A DNA stretch of 64,000 nt from Eubacteriales Family XIII. Incertae Sedis bacterium (GCA_031272485.1 JAISTV010000017.1:4385-68384); one strand, 5' to 3'; positions 54,587-63,790 are shown, counted from the first letter of the stretch. The notes: generated by a model from the sequence alone, not told the origin. A program made the numbers and translations.

Positions 54587-56065
54587 ATGGACGAGAAGAA
54601 GGATGCACCGCAGATGATTCAGTACGGCGCAGCGCCGCCGTCGCAGGAGACGCCTGTTACGCCGGTGGCCGCAGAACCGGCCGCAGCGCCGGCGCCGCCT
54701 GTTACGCCGGTGGTCACAGAGTCGGCCGCAGCGCAGGCGCCGCCAGAGACGCCTGTTACGCCGGTAGCCGCAGAACCGGCCGCCGCGCCGGTGCCTGAAA
54801 CACCGGCAGTAGCGACCCCGGTTCCCCCGGCAGCTACGCCGCCAGTAGGCGCGGCTCCGCCGCCGGTTAGCGGACCGACCCCGCCGGGTGTGCCGCCGCT
54901 CCAAGGTGCGGCCCCGCCGCCGCCAGTAGGCGCGGCAGTCCCGCCGGTTAGCGGACCGACCCCGCCGGGTGTGCCGCCGCTTCAGGGTGCGACCCCGCCG
55001 CCGCCGGGCCCGGGCGTACCGCCTGTGGGCGCGGGCGGGCAGCCCCCCAAGAAGAGCAAGAAGAAACTCATCATTATCATCGCGGCCGCGGTGGCTGCGG
55101 TGGGCGTAGGCATAACGCTTTTCGCGGTGCTGTACCTGATTCCGAGCAGCCACTATAAGGATGCGGACACGCTGCTTGCCCAGAAGGACTGGGAGGCTGC
55201 GGCCGCCGCGTTCGACGACCTGGGCGGCTTCAAGGACTCGGAGGAAAAAGCGAAAGAGGCGCGCTACCAGTGGGCGAACGACTATCTGCGTGCGAAAGAG
55301 TTCGACAAGGCGATAGCGCTCTACGAAGAGCTGGGCGACTACGAGAATTGCGAAACAAAGGTGAAGAGCACCAAGTACGCGAAGGCGGAAGCCTTAATTG
55401 CCGCATACGAGTTTGACAAGGCGATAGAGATATTCGAGAAGCTCGGCAAGTACGAGGATTCCGCGGACCGCATAAAGAGCACCAAGTACGAGAAGGCGGC
55501 GTATCTGGTGTCGCAGAACGAGTACGACGACGCGGTGGCGGTCTACGAGGATCTGGGCGACTACTCGGATGCCAAGGCGAAGATTGAGACGACCAAGGCC
55601 GCCAAGGTGGAGTACGAGAAGAAGGTCAAGTACGACGGCGCGAAGAGCAAGTATAACAGCGGCAGCTACGAGGACGCCAAGGCGGCGTTCCTGGAGCTGG
55701 GCGACTACTCGGATTCCGCGGCCTGGGTGACCAACTGCGACATAAAGATAGGCGAGCGGATTATTCAGGGTGCGTACGTGCTTATCCGGGCGACCGTCTC
55801 CGGCTACGCGTATGAAGGCTCGAGTCTGGTGTCGGCCATGGGCGGGAATATGACCATGATATTTACCGCTTCGGGTGCTACGGGCTATAAGGACGGCGAG
55901 GCAGACACGTGGGACGACTATGAAATTGTCGACGCGACGCAGGTGGTGCTTTCGCGCGGGACATCGGACGAGGTCTGGGGCACGTACGACGGAACCACGG
56001 TGACGCTCAGCGCGCAGGGAGTCACGTTTGTGTATCAGAAGCCGCTCGAATCGCAGGCGGGCTGA
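54587..56065 (+). CDS. membrane protein with Pro/Ala-rich repetitive N-terminus, TM helix and TPR-like LGDY repeats
   Basis: P/A/V-rich repeats, TM helix IIIIAAAVAAVGVGITLFAVLYLI. At least four ~37-aa repeats end in (E/K)LGDY.(D/N)(S/C/A). A beta-rich C-terminal domain follows. Confidence 0.75.
   Translation: MDEKKDAPQMIQYGAAPPSQETPVTPVAAEPAAAPAPPVTPVVTESAAAQAPPETPVTPVAAEPAAAPVPETPAVATPVPPAATPPVGAAPPPVSGPTPPGVPPLQGAAPPPPVGAAVPPVSGPTPPGVPPLQGATPPPPGPGVPPVGAGGQPPKKSKKKLIIIIAAAVAAVGVGITLFAVLYLIPSSHYKDADTLLAQKDWEAAAAAFDDLGGFKDSEEKAKEARYQWANDYLRAKEFDKAIALYEELGDYENCETKVKSTKYAKAEALIAAYEFDKAIEIFEKLGKYEDSADRIKSTKYEKAAYLVSQNEYDDAVAVYEDLGDYSDAKAKIETTKAAKVEYEKKVKYDGAKSKYNSGSYEDAKAAFLELGDYSDSAAWVTNCDIKIGERIIQGAYVLIRATVSGYAYEGSSLVSAMGGNMTMIFTASGATGYKDGEADTWDDYEIVDATQVVLSRGTSDEVWGTYDGTTVTLSAQGVTFVYQKPLESQAG
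54860..55005 (+). repeat. 81-bp (27-codon) tandem duplication inside the Pro-rich region
   Basis: 54860-54924 is nearly identical to 54941-55005 (PPVSGPTPPGVPPLQGA.PPPP twice). A second shorter repeat (PVTPVAAEPAAAP) lies at about 54650-54800. Confidence 0.85.
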
Positions 56066-56082
56066 CGGAAATAAAATGAAAA

Positions 56083-56109
56083 AAGGGGGCTTGTAATTCA
56101 GGCCCCCTT
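56083..56109. terminator. hairpin AAGGGGGC / GCCCCCTT with the A6 tract on the plus-strand 5' side only
   Basis: Read on the minus strand the stem is followed by T6. Read on the plus strand it follows the 54587 gene stop by 18 nt but lacks a T-tract. Confidence 0.5.
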
Positions 56110-56132
56110 ATGCAATACTATCGGGGTAATCA

Positions 56133-56353
56133 TCTTGCGGGCGCTGCCGGCGGGGTGAAGCGGGGGGCACAGCAGGCTCCCACGCAAGAGGCAAGAAGCC
56201 GCGGCCTGTGAGGGACGGTATCCGTAGGAACCTAACCCGGGAAAGGCACAGGACCGGAAGGCTTAACAAGAGAATCGCACGGATCATGAGATCAGGACCG
56301 GGACGAGAAACCAAGGGATTTTTATGCGTTTCCGGCAGGAGGCGCTTTTTTTT
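56133..56353 (+). promoter_or_regulatory. structured leader with terminal intrinsic terminator upstream of the pantothenate operon (candidate cis-regulatory RNA)
   Basis: Hairpins at 56133-56189 (TCTTGCG / CGCAAGA closing) and 56203-56255 (CCTGTG / CACAGG). A repeated ..ACGG.ATC..CAGGACCGG.. unit is present. The terminator CGTTTCC-ggca-GGAGGCG plus T8 (56327-56353) ends 35 nt before the panG-like ATG. Confidence 0.45.
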
Positions 56354-56387
56354 CGGTCTGGTGCGGTCTTTGTGGAGGAGGATTGGA

Positions 56388-57266
56388 ATGAAAGTAGGTG
56401 TGATAGGCGCAGGCAGAGCGGGTGGCTCTCTTGCGCTGGCGCTCGGCAAGAAGAGCGCTGTGGATGCGGGGTACACGCTTCAGGGAGCCACGACCTCTTC
56501 GGATCTGACGGCGGGCGCGGCAAGTGAGGTGCTGGGCCTGGCGGTCGGAACGGACAACGCGGCGCTGGCCCGCGAGGCGGACGTGGTGGTGCTGGGCGTG
56601 CCGGATCGCAAGATAGCGCTTACGGCGCTGCATCTGGCGGACGAACTGGGCAAGGCGCCCGCGGGTGGCGTGGCGAAAATCTTCCTGCATATCAGCGGGT
56701 CGGTTGGGACGCCGGCGCTCAGGCCGCTCAAGGAAGAGGGGTACAGCATAGGCAGCCTGCATCCGCTGCAGAGCTTCTCCAAACCCGAGGATAAATTTGA
56801 TGGCGTGTATATGGCCGTGGACGGAGACGAGCCGGCGCTGGAGGCGGCGGAGAATCTGGCGCGCGCGCTGGGCGGGATTCCGTTCCGGGTTCCGCCGTCC
56901 GAGCGGCAGCTCTACCACGCGGCGGCGTGCTTCTGCAGCAACTACGTGGTGACGGCCGTGTCCATAGCGGAGAAGCTGCTCGAGCGCTGGATCGGCGAGG
57001 GCGGGGAGGCGCTCACGGCGCTGCTGCCGCTGTTCAACGGCACGGCGGATAATCTGGCGGCGGCGACCACGGCGCGCGAGGCATTGACAGGCCCCATTTC
57101 GCGCGGGGACGTGGGGACGGTGAGCGGTCACTTGCAGGTGCTGCCGGAAAGCCTGATTAAGGTGTACTGCGAGCTGGGGTTGCAGACCCTGGAGATCGCG
57201 AGGGAGAACGGGACGGTGGAACGTAAGCCGGCGGAGGAGATAGAGGCCATGCTGCGGCGGCCGTAA
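56388..57266 (+). CDS. Rossmann + DUF2520 protein, PanG-type putative ketopantoate reductase
   Basis: GGAGGAGG RBS. MKVGVIGAGRAG dinucleotide fold; C-terminal ALTGPISRGDVGTV..H pattern. Immediately upstream of panB-panC-panD. Confidence 0.7.
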   Translation: MKVGVIGAGRAGGSLALALGKKSAVDAGYTLQGATTSSDLTAGAASEVLGLAVGTDNAALAREADVVVLGVPDRKIALTALHLADELGKAPAGGVAKIFLHISGSVGTPALRPLKEEGYSIGSLHPLQSFSKPEDKFDGVYMAVDGDEPALEAAENLARALGGIPFRVPPSERQLYHAAACFCSNYVVTAVSIAEKLLERWIGEGGEALTALLPLFNGTADNLAAATTAREALTGPISRGDVGTVSGHLQVLPESLIKVYCELGLQTLEIARENGTVERKPAEEIEAMLRRP

Positions 57267-57289
57267 AGAGGCAGAGAGGTGTGTAAGAA

Positions 57290-58126
57290 ATGGATACGAA
57301 GAAGATAACGACAGCGGTCATACGGGAAATGAAGGAGCAGGGCGAGCCGGTCACCATGGTGACGGCCTACGACGTGGCCATGGCCAGAAACGCGGATGAG
57401 GCAGGCATAGAGATTCTGCTCGTGGGCGATTCGGTGGGCAACGTCATGCTCGGCTACCCCTCCACGGTTCCCGTGACCATGGACGAGATGATTCATCACA
57501 CGAAGGCGGTCATGCGGGCCAACCCGCGCGCGCTCGTGGTGGGCGACATGCCGTTCATGAGCTACCAGGCGGATGAGGCGGAAGGCCTGCGCAACGCCGG
57601 GCGCTTCCTCAAGGAGACCGGTTGCGGCGCGGTGAAACTCGAGGGCGGCGCGGAGATAGCGCCCCTCGTGAAGAAGATGGTCACGGCGGGCATACCCGTC
57701 TGCGGCCACATAGGCCTCACCCCGCAGTCCGTAAACACCATGGGCGGCTTCAAGGTGCAGGGCCGCGATGTGGCGGCGGCGCGCAAGCTGCTTGCGGACG
57801 CTAAGGCGCTGGAGGAGGCGGGCTGCTTCGCCATGGTGCTCGAGTGCGTGCCGGCGGCGTTGGCGGCGCGGGTGACCAAGGAGCTTGCCACGGCGGTGAG
57901 CATTGGCATAGGCGGCGGCAACGGATGCGACGGCCAGGTGCTTGTCTGCAACGACCTTCTGGGCATCTCCGACGGCTTCACGCCCAAGTTTGTCAAGAAG
58001 TACGCCAACCTCCACGGGCAGATCGTGGATGCGTTCCGCGCTTACTCCATAGAAGTAAAGAGCCGTGCGTATCCGGATGAGGAGCATTCCTTCTCCATAG
58101 ACGAGTCCGTTTTGAAAGAGCTGTAA
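57290..58126 (+). CDS. panB: 3-methyl-2-oxobutanoate hydroxymethyltransferase
   Basis: TAYD...A......G.E.LLVGDS.G.V.LG and GAVKLEGG motifs. Confidence 0.94.
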   Translation: MDTKKITTAVIREMKEQGEPVTMVTAYDVAMARNADEAGIEILLVGDSVGNVMLGYPSTVPVTMDEMIHHTKAVMRANPRALVVGDMPFMSYQADEAEGLRNAGRFLKETGCGAVKLEGGAEIAPLVKKMVTAGIPVCGHIGLTPQSVNTMGGFKVQGRDVAAARKLLADAKALEEAGCFAMVLECVPAALAARVTKELATAVSIGIGGGNGCDGQVLVCNDLLGISDGFTPKFVKKYANLHGQIVDAFRAYSIEVKSRAYPDEEHSFSIDESVLKEL

Positions 58127-58128
58127 AC

Positions 58129-58986
58129 ATGCAGGTAATAAAAACAGTTAAGGATCTTCAGGCCGCGGTGGCAGCCTACAAGAAGGACGGGGTATCCATA
58201 GGGCTTGTGCCGACAATGGGGGCCCTCCACGAGGGTCACGGGTCCCTCATATCCGCCGCGCGGAAGGAGAACGATGCGGTCATCGTGAGCGTATTCGTGA
58301 ACCCCACGCAGTTCGGACCCACGGAGGATCTGGATGCGTACCCGCGCACGCTGGACGCGGACTGCGAGATGGCGCAGGCGCTGGGGGCGGACATAGTCTT
58401 CGCGCCAAGCGCGCGGGAAATGTACCCGTCCGACGACGACACGTGGGTGGAGGTTACGGGAAGCATTACGGCGGTGCTCTGCGGACGCAGCCGGCCCACG
58501 CACTTTCGCGGGGTAACCACGGTGGTGAGCAAGCTGTTTCTGCTTGCGCAGCCGGACCGCGCCTACTTCGGGCAGAAGGACGCGCAGCAGGCGGAGGTCT
58601 TAAAGCGCATGGTGAAGGATTTATTCTTCCCGCTTGAGCTTGTGGTTCTGCCCATCGTGCGGGAAGCGGACGGGCTGGCGAAGAGCTCGCGCAACGTGTA
58701 CCTGTCCGCGGAGGAGCGCAAGGCGGCGCTCGTGCTGAGCCGATCTCTGGCCGGCGCGGCGGCACGGTTTGATGCCGGGGAAAGAAGCGGGGCCGCATTG
58801 GCGCAGGAGGTTCGCGAGCAGATAGAGGCGGAGCCGCTTGCGACCATCGATTATGTGGAGTATTACGCGCTGCCGGGGCTCACGGAGGCGGCTGAGCCGC
58901 TCACAGGGGATACGCTGCTGGCAGTGGCCGTGCGGTTTGGCACGACGAGGCTTATAGACAACGTTATTTTGGAGGGAAATAAGTAG
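58129..58986 (+). CDS. panC: pantoate--beta-alanine ligase
   Basis: VPTMGALHEGH and SVFVNPTQF motifs. Confidence 0.94.
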   Translation: MQVIKTVKDLQAAVAAYKKDGVSIGLVPTMGALHEGHGSLISAARKENDAVIVSVFVNPTQFGPTEDLDAYPRTLDADCEMAQALGADIVFAPSAREMYPSDDDTWVEVTGSITAVLCGRSRPTHFRGVTTVVSKLFLLAQPDRAYFGQKDAQQAEVLKRMVKDLFFPLELVVLPIVREADGLAKSSRNVYLSAEERKAALVLSRSLAGAAARFDAGERSGAALAQEVREQIEAEPLATIDYVEYYALPGLTEAAEPLTGDTLLAVAVRFGTTRLIDNVILEGNK

Positions 58987-59379
58987 ATGCTACTGAACAT
59001 GTTTCACGGGAAGATTCATCGCGCTACGGTCACGGAAGCGAATCTGAATTATATGGGCAGCATAACCATAGACGAGGACCTTCTGGACCTCGCGGGGATT
59101 CTGCCGGGCGAGCGCGTGCAGGTCGTGGACAATGACAACGGCAACCGCCTGGAGACTTACGTGATTAAGGGCGAGCGGGGGAGCGGTGTGATTTGTCTGA
59201 ACGGCGCGGCGGCGCGGCTCGTGTCCATAGGCGACACGGTGATTATCATAGCCTATGCGCTCATGACGCCGGAAGAGGCTAAGGGCTACGCGCCCAAGGT
59301 GCTGCTCGTGGACGGAGAAAATAAGCCGGTCTCGCTTAGGGACGGCGAGAAAGAGCGGGAGCTTAGCCCGAAACTTTAG
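58987..59379 (+). CDS. panD: aspartate 1-decarboxylase
   Basis: [21 protein letters not shown] (self-processing G-S site) and the length. Confidence 0.94.
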   Translation: MLLNMFHGKIHRATVTEANLNYMGSITIDEDLLDLAGILPGERVQVVDNDNGNRLETYVIKGERGSGVICLNGAAARLVSIGDTVIIIAYALMTPEEAKGYAPKVLLVDGENKPVSLRDGEKERELSPKL

Positions 59380-59383
59380 GACG

Positions 59384-59408
59384 GCTGTCAAGTAAAAAAC
59401 TTGACAGC
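59384..59408. terminator. 10-bp perfect hairpin between convergent panD and the PLP-enzyme gene
   Basis: GCTGTCAAGT-aaaaa-ACTTGACAGC. There is no clear T-tract on either side. Confidence 0.5.
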
Positions 59409-59427
59409 GGCGCGTGGGGGCTGGCGC

Positions 59428-60567
59428 TCAGCCTATGGCCTGCGTGAGGTCTTCTATGAGGTCCTTTGCGGATTCCGTACCCACGGACAGGCGGAGCAGG
59501 CGGTCATCTATCCCTATGGAGAGGCGTTCCGCCTCCGGGATGTCCGCGTGCGTCTGAAGCAGCGGGTAGGTGATGAGGCTCTCCGTACCGCCGAGACTCT
59601 CCGCGAACTGAATGAGCTTTACGCGTCTTAGGATTTGCGGCACGAGCGCCGCGTCTGTTACTGAAAAGGAGAGCATGGCACCGAACCCCGTCATCTGTGC
59701 GGTGGCCAGTTCATACGCTTCGTGCGACGGGAGTCCCGGGTAGCGCACCGAAGCGATTTTTTTATTTTCCGATAGAATCTGCGCTATTGCCTTGGCGTTC
59801 TCCTGCGCCTTTTCGAGCCGAAGCGGCAGCGTCTTGATGCCGCGCAGTACCAGGAAGCTGTCGAAGGGCGAGAGGCCGGCGCCGGTAGTCTTTAATATGA
59901 AGCGCAGCTTTTCCGCGAGCGCCTCGCCTTTCACGGCCAGGAAACCCGATATGGTATCGTTGTGTCCGCCGAGGTACTTCGAGCCGCTGTGCAGCACTAC
60001 GTCCGCGCCCAGATCGAGCGGGCGCTGAAAGTACGGGGTTAGGAACGTGTTGTCCACTATGAGCAGGGCGCCGGCTGCTTTCGCCGCGTCCGCTATCTTC
60101 CGGATATCGAAGAGGTTCATCATGGGGTTCGTGGGTGTCTCCACGAAAACCGCCTTCGTGTCTTCTGTGATGAGCGCTATGAGCGCGTCCGTGTCGCGCC
60201 CGTATTCGAACCGGTATCCTTTCGGGGAAAGCACCTGGTCGAAGAGCCGGTAGGTGCCGCCGTAAAGGTCGCCGGATGCCACGATCCGGTCGCCCGGCAG
60301 GAAGAGCTCCATGAGTGCGGTTATGGCCGCCATGCCGCTCGCAAACGCAAACGCCTCGTCTGCGCCTTCGAGGTCCGCAATCCGGTATTCCAGCTGCTCG
60401 CGCGTGGGGTTCTGCTGCCGCGTGTAGTCATAGCCGGAACCCGTCGCGCCGCTGTCGTCCAGTCCTTCGTGCGCGAAGGTGGCCGACTGGTAAATGGGCG
60501 TAGCCAGCGCCCCGGTAGCCTCCGTCACGCGCCGTTTCCCGTGAATACAAACCGTCTCAAAATCCAT
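59428..60567 (-). CDS. Cys/Met-metabolism PLP-dependent enzyme (cystathionine beta-lyase/gamma-synthase family)
   Basis: MDFETVCIHG..ATPIYQSATF.. and the HSGSKYLGGHND PLP-lysine motif. GGAAGAGG RBS before ATG 60567. A TTGACA-containing promoter-like site lies about 80 nt upstream on the minus strand (plus coordinates near 60620-60650). Confidence 0.85.
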   Translation of the reverse strand: MDFETVCIHGKRRVTEATGALATPIYQSATFAHEGLDDSGATGSGYDYTRQQNPTREQLEYRIADLEGADEAFAFASGMAAITALMELFLPGDRIVASGDLYGGTYRLFDQVLSPKGYRFEYGRDTDALIALITEDTKAVFVETPTNPMMNLFDIRKIADAAKAAGALLIVDNTFLTPYFQRPLDLGADVVLHSGSKYLGGHNDTISGFLAVKGEALAEKLRFILKTTGAGLSPFDSFLVLRGIKTLPLRLEKAQENAKAIAQILSENKKIASVRYPGLPSHEAYELATAQMTGFGAMLSFSVTDAALVPQILRRVKLIQFAESLGGTESLITYPLLQTHADIPEAERLSIGIDDRLLRLSVGTESAKDLIEDLTQAIG

Positions 60568-60742
60568 AACAACCTCTTCCTGAACAACCCCAAAATCCGT
60601 ACTTTTCATATAGCAGATATATGATATATTCTTCCCGCCTCTCATGTCAAGGGCCTGGAACGCGGGGCGTTCTTATGTTACAATTTAAAGCGTTAAAGCG
60701 CGTAAGCGTTCTTCTCGTCGTTTTTATTCCAAGGAGGGAGAG

Positions 60743-61162
60743 ATGGAAAAGAAACTGAGGACAGCATTCGCTATTTTATTGATTCTTGCACTTTCGTTTG
60801 CGTTTGCCGCGTGCGGAAGCAAGGATGACGCAGACCAGAAGGCTCTGGAAGAGGCAGCCGATAAGCTTAATGCACAGTGCCCCATGACGATAGACTCCGA
60901 AACGGTCCTGGACAATGTCGTTGCATCTGCCGGAAAAGTATTTCAGTACAACTACACCCTGGTAAACTACGCCTCTACTGATTTCACAGCAGAGGAGGTT
61001 GCAGAGCTGCAGACCACCATAGAAGACTATCTGATAAGCACGATAGCCTCCAATTCGGATATGGCAGAACTGCGAGACATGGGAACCACCTTCAAATACG
61101 TCTACAAGGCGAACGACGGTGTGGAGCTGGTATCCATAACCATAACGCCGGATCAATACTAA
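60743..61162 (+). CDS. hypothetical lipoprotein
   Basis: Signal peptide with lipobox FAACGS. An extended -10 (TGtTACAAT) lies near 60674-60682. Confidence 0.7.
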   Translation: MEKKLRTAFAILLILALSFAFAACGSKDDADQKALEEAADKLNAQCPMTIDSETVLDNVVASAGKVFQYNYTLVNYASTDFTAEEVAELQTTIEDYLISTIASNSDMAELRDMGTTFKYVYKANDGVELVSITITPDQY

Positions 61163-61188
61163 CAGCGCCGGCGGCACCGGCGGCGGCG

Positions 61189-61944
61189 TTATTGCTCGTC
61201 GAGCGTGTTTAGCAGGATGTGGCGTTCTACGCGCAGAAGGTGTTTTAGCATGGCGTCGTAGGCTTTTTGGGCGTCGCCGCTTTTTATGGCCTTCAGAATC
61301 TTTTTGTGGGATTCGAGCGAACCCTTGGACGCGGCCTCGGAGAGGTGCGAACGGTATTGGCTTGCGTAGAGCAGGTCGTGCAGGTTCGTGAGGATGGAGA
61401 TCATCATCTCGTTCTTTGTGGCGCTGGCTATGGCAAAGTGGAACGCGCGGTCCTGCTCGAAGGAGATGGCATTCTTTTTGATTTGCACTTCCTGCTCGCG
61501 GATGCACTCTTCGAGGCGCGCGATGTCCTCCTCCGTTGCCCGCTTGGCCGCGAGCGAGGTGAGGGTGGGCTCCATTATCATGCGCACCTCCATAGGGTCG
61601 GAGAGGAGCGTCTTGGGGATGTTGGACATAACCTCTATGAGGTCCGTCACGGTATGCGCGGCGTCTGTGTCGGCGGCGCCGGGCAGAGCAAGGGGCCCTA
61701 CTTCCCCGTCCGAGGCAGCGGTCAGGTGTGTGGCCTTGCCTTGCTTACGCTGTATGAGGCCCTTGGTCTCCAGGATGGTGAGCGCCTGGCGCACGGTGGC
61801 GCGGCTTACCTCGAACATCTCGGTGAGTTCGGTTTCGGAGTAGAATTTATCCCCTGGTTTGCGGTCGCCCTGCAGCAGGAGCTGCTCGAGCTGTTCGGCC
61901 ACATCTTCGTAGACGCGTTTGCGTCTGATTTTTTTGACTTCCAT
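61189..61944 (-). CDS. GntR family transcriptional regulator (FadR/FCD subfamily)
   Basis: Winged HTH: LTEMFEVSRATVRQALTILETKGLIQRKQGKATHL. All-helical C-terminal domain. RBS AAAGGGGA before ATG 61944. Confidence 0.85.
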   Translation of the reverse strand: MEVKKIRRKRVYEDVAEQLEQLLLQGDRKPGDKFYSETELTEMFEVSRATVRQALTILETKGLIQRKQGKATHLTAASDGEVGPLALPGAADTDAAHTVTDLIEVMSNIPKTLLSDPMEVRMIMEPTLTSLAAKRATEEDIARLEECIREQEVQIKKNAISFEQDRAFHFAIASATKNEMMISILTNLHDLLYASQYRSHLSEAASKGSLESHKKILKAIKSGDAQKAYDAMLKHLLRVERHILLNTLDEQ

Positions 61945-62051
61945 GGATTCCCCTTTCACTTGTATGTCAACTGTAGTTGGTCGTACATACAATTTTATTA
62001 TACCCAATCCGTGATTGCACGCGAAAGTTTCAGAAAATTTTTATTTATGTC

Positions 62052-62116
62052 TTGACAATTGGTCTGTAAAGGCGTAAAAAATAAGTAAAGTTGTCTGACA
62101 AGTGGACAACAGACAA
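62052..62116 (+). promoter_or_regulatory. promoter-like site with candidate GntR operators upstream of the GGT gene
   Basis: TTGACA (62052-62057), 17-nt spacer, TAAAAA, with TTGGTCTGT inside the spacer. Inverted repeat TTGTCTG-n12-CAGACAA at 62091-62116. A further TTGGTCGTAC lies upstream within TGTATGT..ACATACA. Confidence 0.4.
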
Positions 62117-62143
62117 GTTCATTTTCTGAAGGGAGGCTGTGCT

Positions 62144-63790
62144 ATGGCTGGTTTAACTTTCGATCCGTATTCGTATAACTTTGGTTCTCTCAGACGCACG
62201 ATACATTCAAAGAAGGGCATGGTTGCCTGTACGCATCCGCTTGCGGCGGAGGCGGGGCTTCGGATGCTCTGGAAGGGCGGAAACGCGATAGACGCCTGTG
62301 TGGCCATGGCCATGATTCTACCTTTGGTGGAGCCGGCCGCCACGACCTACGGCAGCGACAACTTCGCGATTTTCTGGACCAAGGACAAGCTCCACGGCAT
62401 GAGTTCTTCGGGTTGGAGCCCGGCCAAACTCACCGAGGAGTATGTGAAGAGCAAGGGCTACACGGCCATGCCGCGCTCGGGGTGGGATTCCACCACGATT
62501 CCGGGCTGCGTGCGGGGCTGGGTAAACCTCGTGGAGAAGTTCGGCAAGCTCACCCTCGCGGACGTGGCGCAGCCCGCCATAGAGTACGCGGAGGAAGGGC
62601 ATCCCATGACGCCGTACGTGGTGGGGTCGTTCGACAAGCGGCTGGGCATGATCAGCCCGCTGATCTCCGACGAGCAAATCGAGAATTTCCGCAAGGTCTG
62701 GTACAAGCACGGCAAGGCGCCGGCGCCGGGCCAGCTGTGTCACTTCCCGGAGATGGGGCGCTTCCTGCGCGAGGTCGTGGAGACGAACGGCGAGTCCGTC
62801 TACAGCGGCAAGATAGCGCAGGCCATCGTGGACCTGTCCAAGAAGACGGGCGGCCTGTGGGAAATGGAGGACTTCGAGAACTTCGATTCCATATTCCACG
62901 ATCCGCTGCGCGTGAATTACCGCGGCGTGGAAGTGTGCGAGCTGCCGCCGAACGGGCAGGGCATTGTGGCGCTTATGGCGCTCAACATCCTCAAGGGCTT
63001 CGAGTTCGGCGAGTACGATTTCGGCACACCGCGCACCCTGCACCTGCAGATGGAGGCGCTCAAGCTGGCGTTCGCGGACGGCAAGCGCTACATAGCCGAT
63101 CAGGAGTACATGACGCAGGTAACGTGCGACGACCTGCTGAACGAGAAATACGCGGAGGAGCGGCGCGCGCTCATAGACATGAACAAGGCGCAGGACTTCA
63201 AGGCGGGCGACCCGACCGCTTCCGACACGGTCTACTTCGCGGCGGCGGACACGGACGGCAACATGATATCCATGATTCAGAGCTGCTACACGCCGTTCGG
63301 TTCGGGCGTGGTGGTACCGGAATACGGGCTGGCGTTGCAGTCGCGGTGCGCGAGCTTCACCATTGAAGACGGGCATCCGAACAACGCCGGTCCGCATAAG
63401 CGCCCGTATCAGACCATTATCCCGGCCTTCCTCATGAAGGACGGCAAGCCGCTCGGGCCGTTCGGCCTCATGGGCGGGTACATGCAGCCGCAGGGTCACA
63501 CGCAGGTGGTCATGAACATGGTGGACTTCCACATGAATCCGCAGAATGCGCTTGACGCGCCGCGGTTCTGCTGGAGCGCCGGCCTGAATTTCGACCTCGA
63601 GGACCATTTCAATCCGGCAGTCATAGACGCGCTCGTGCGCAAGGGTCACCAGATCAGCACGCACAACGCGTACACCGCGGACTACTGCGACCGGCCGTTC
63701 GGGCGCGGGCAGATCATCCTGCTCACCGACGAGAACACGCTCATAGGCGGTACGGAAGGGCGCGGCGACGGCGCGATTTACTGCCGCTAA
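62144..63790 (+). CDS. ggt: gamma-glutamyltransferase family protein
   Basis: GGGAGG RBS 7 nt before ATG 62144. GGNAIDA; nucleophile region SDTVYFAAAD; GG.MQPQGH.Q. Confidence 0.88.
   Translation: MAGLTFDPYSYNFGSLRRTIHSKKGMVACTHPLAAEAGLRMLWKGGNAIDACVAMAMILPLVEPAATTYGSDNFAIFWTKDKLHGMSSSGWSPAKLTEEYVKSKGYTAMPRSGWDSTTIPGCVRGWVNLVEKFGKLTLADVAQPAIEYAEEGHPMTPYVVGSFDKRLGMISPLISDEQIENFRKVWYKHGKAPAPGQLCHFPEMGRFLREVVETNGESVYSGKIAQAIVDLSKKTGGLWEMEDFENFDSIFHDPLRVNYRGVEVCELPPNGQGIVALMALNILKGFEFGEYDFGTPRTLHLQMEALKLAFADGKRYIADQEYMTQVTCDDLLNEKYAEERRALIDMNKAQDFKAGDPTASDTVYFAAADTDGNMISMIQSCYTPFGSGVVVPEYGLALQSRCASFTIEDGHPNNAGPHKRPYQTIIPAFLMKDGKPLGPFGLMGGYMQPQGHTQVVMNMVDFHMNPQNALDAPRFCWSAGLNFDLEDHFNPAVIDALVRKGHQISTHNAYTADYCDRPFGRGQIILLTDENTLIGGTEGRGDGAIYCR

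Noticed and set aside
56247-56261. SRP-RNA-like string CAGGACCGGAAGG (compare CAGGTCCGGAAGGAAGCAGC of bacterial SRP RNA domain IV).
   Set aside because: The match stops before the conserved AAGCAGC segment, and the flanks do not form the long SRP helix. The string is more simply part of the pan-operon leader.
56108-56476. 122-aa minus-strand ORF that would end at the minus-oriented terminator hairpin (56083-56109).
   Set aside because: Its start lies inside the panG-like coding region, it has no RBS, and its composition is Pro/Leu/Arg-rich. The minus-strand terminator is noted, but no coding gene is claimed.
60568-60742. Possible SAM/T-box riboswitch upstream of the Cys/Met PLP-enzyme gene.
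   Set aside because: The promoter-like TTGACA is only ~80 nt from the ATG. The short leader shows none of the S-box or T-box conserved elements.
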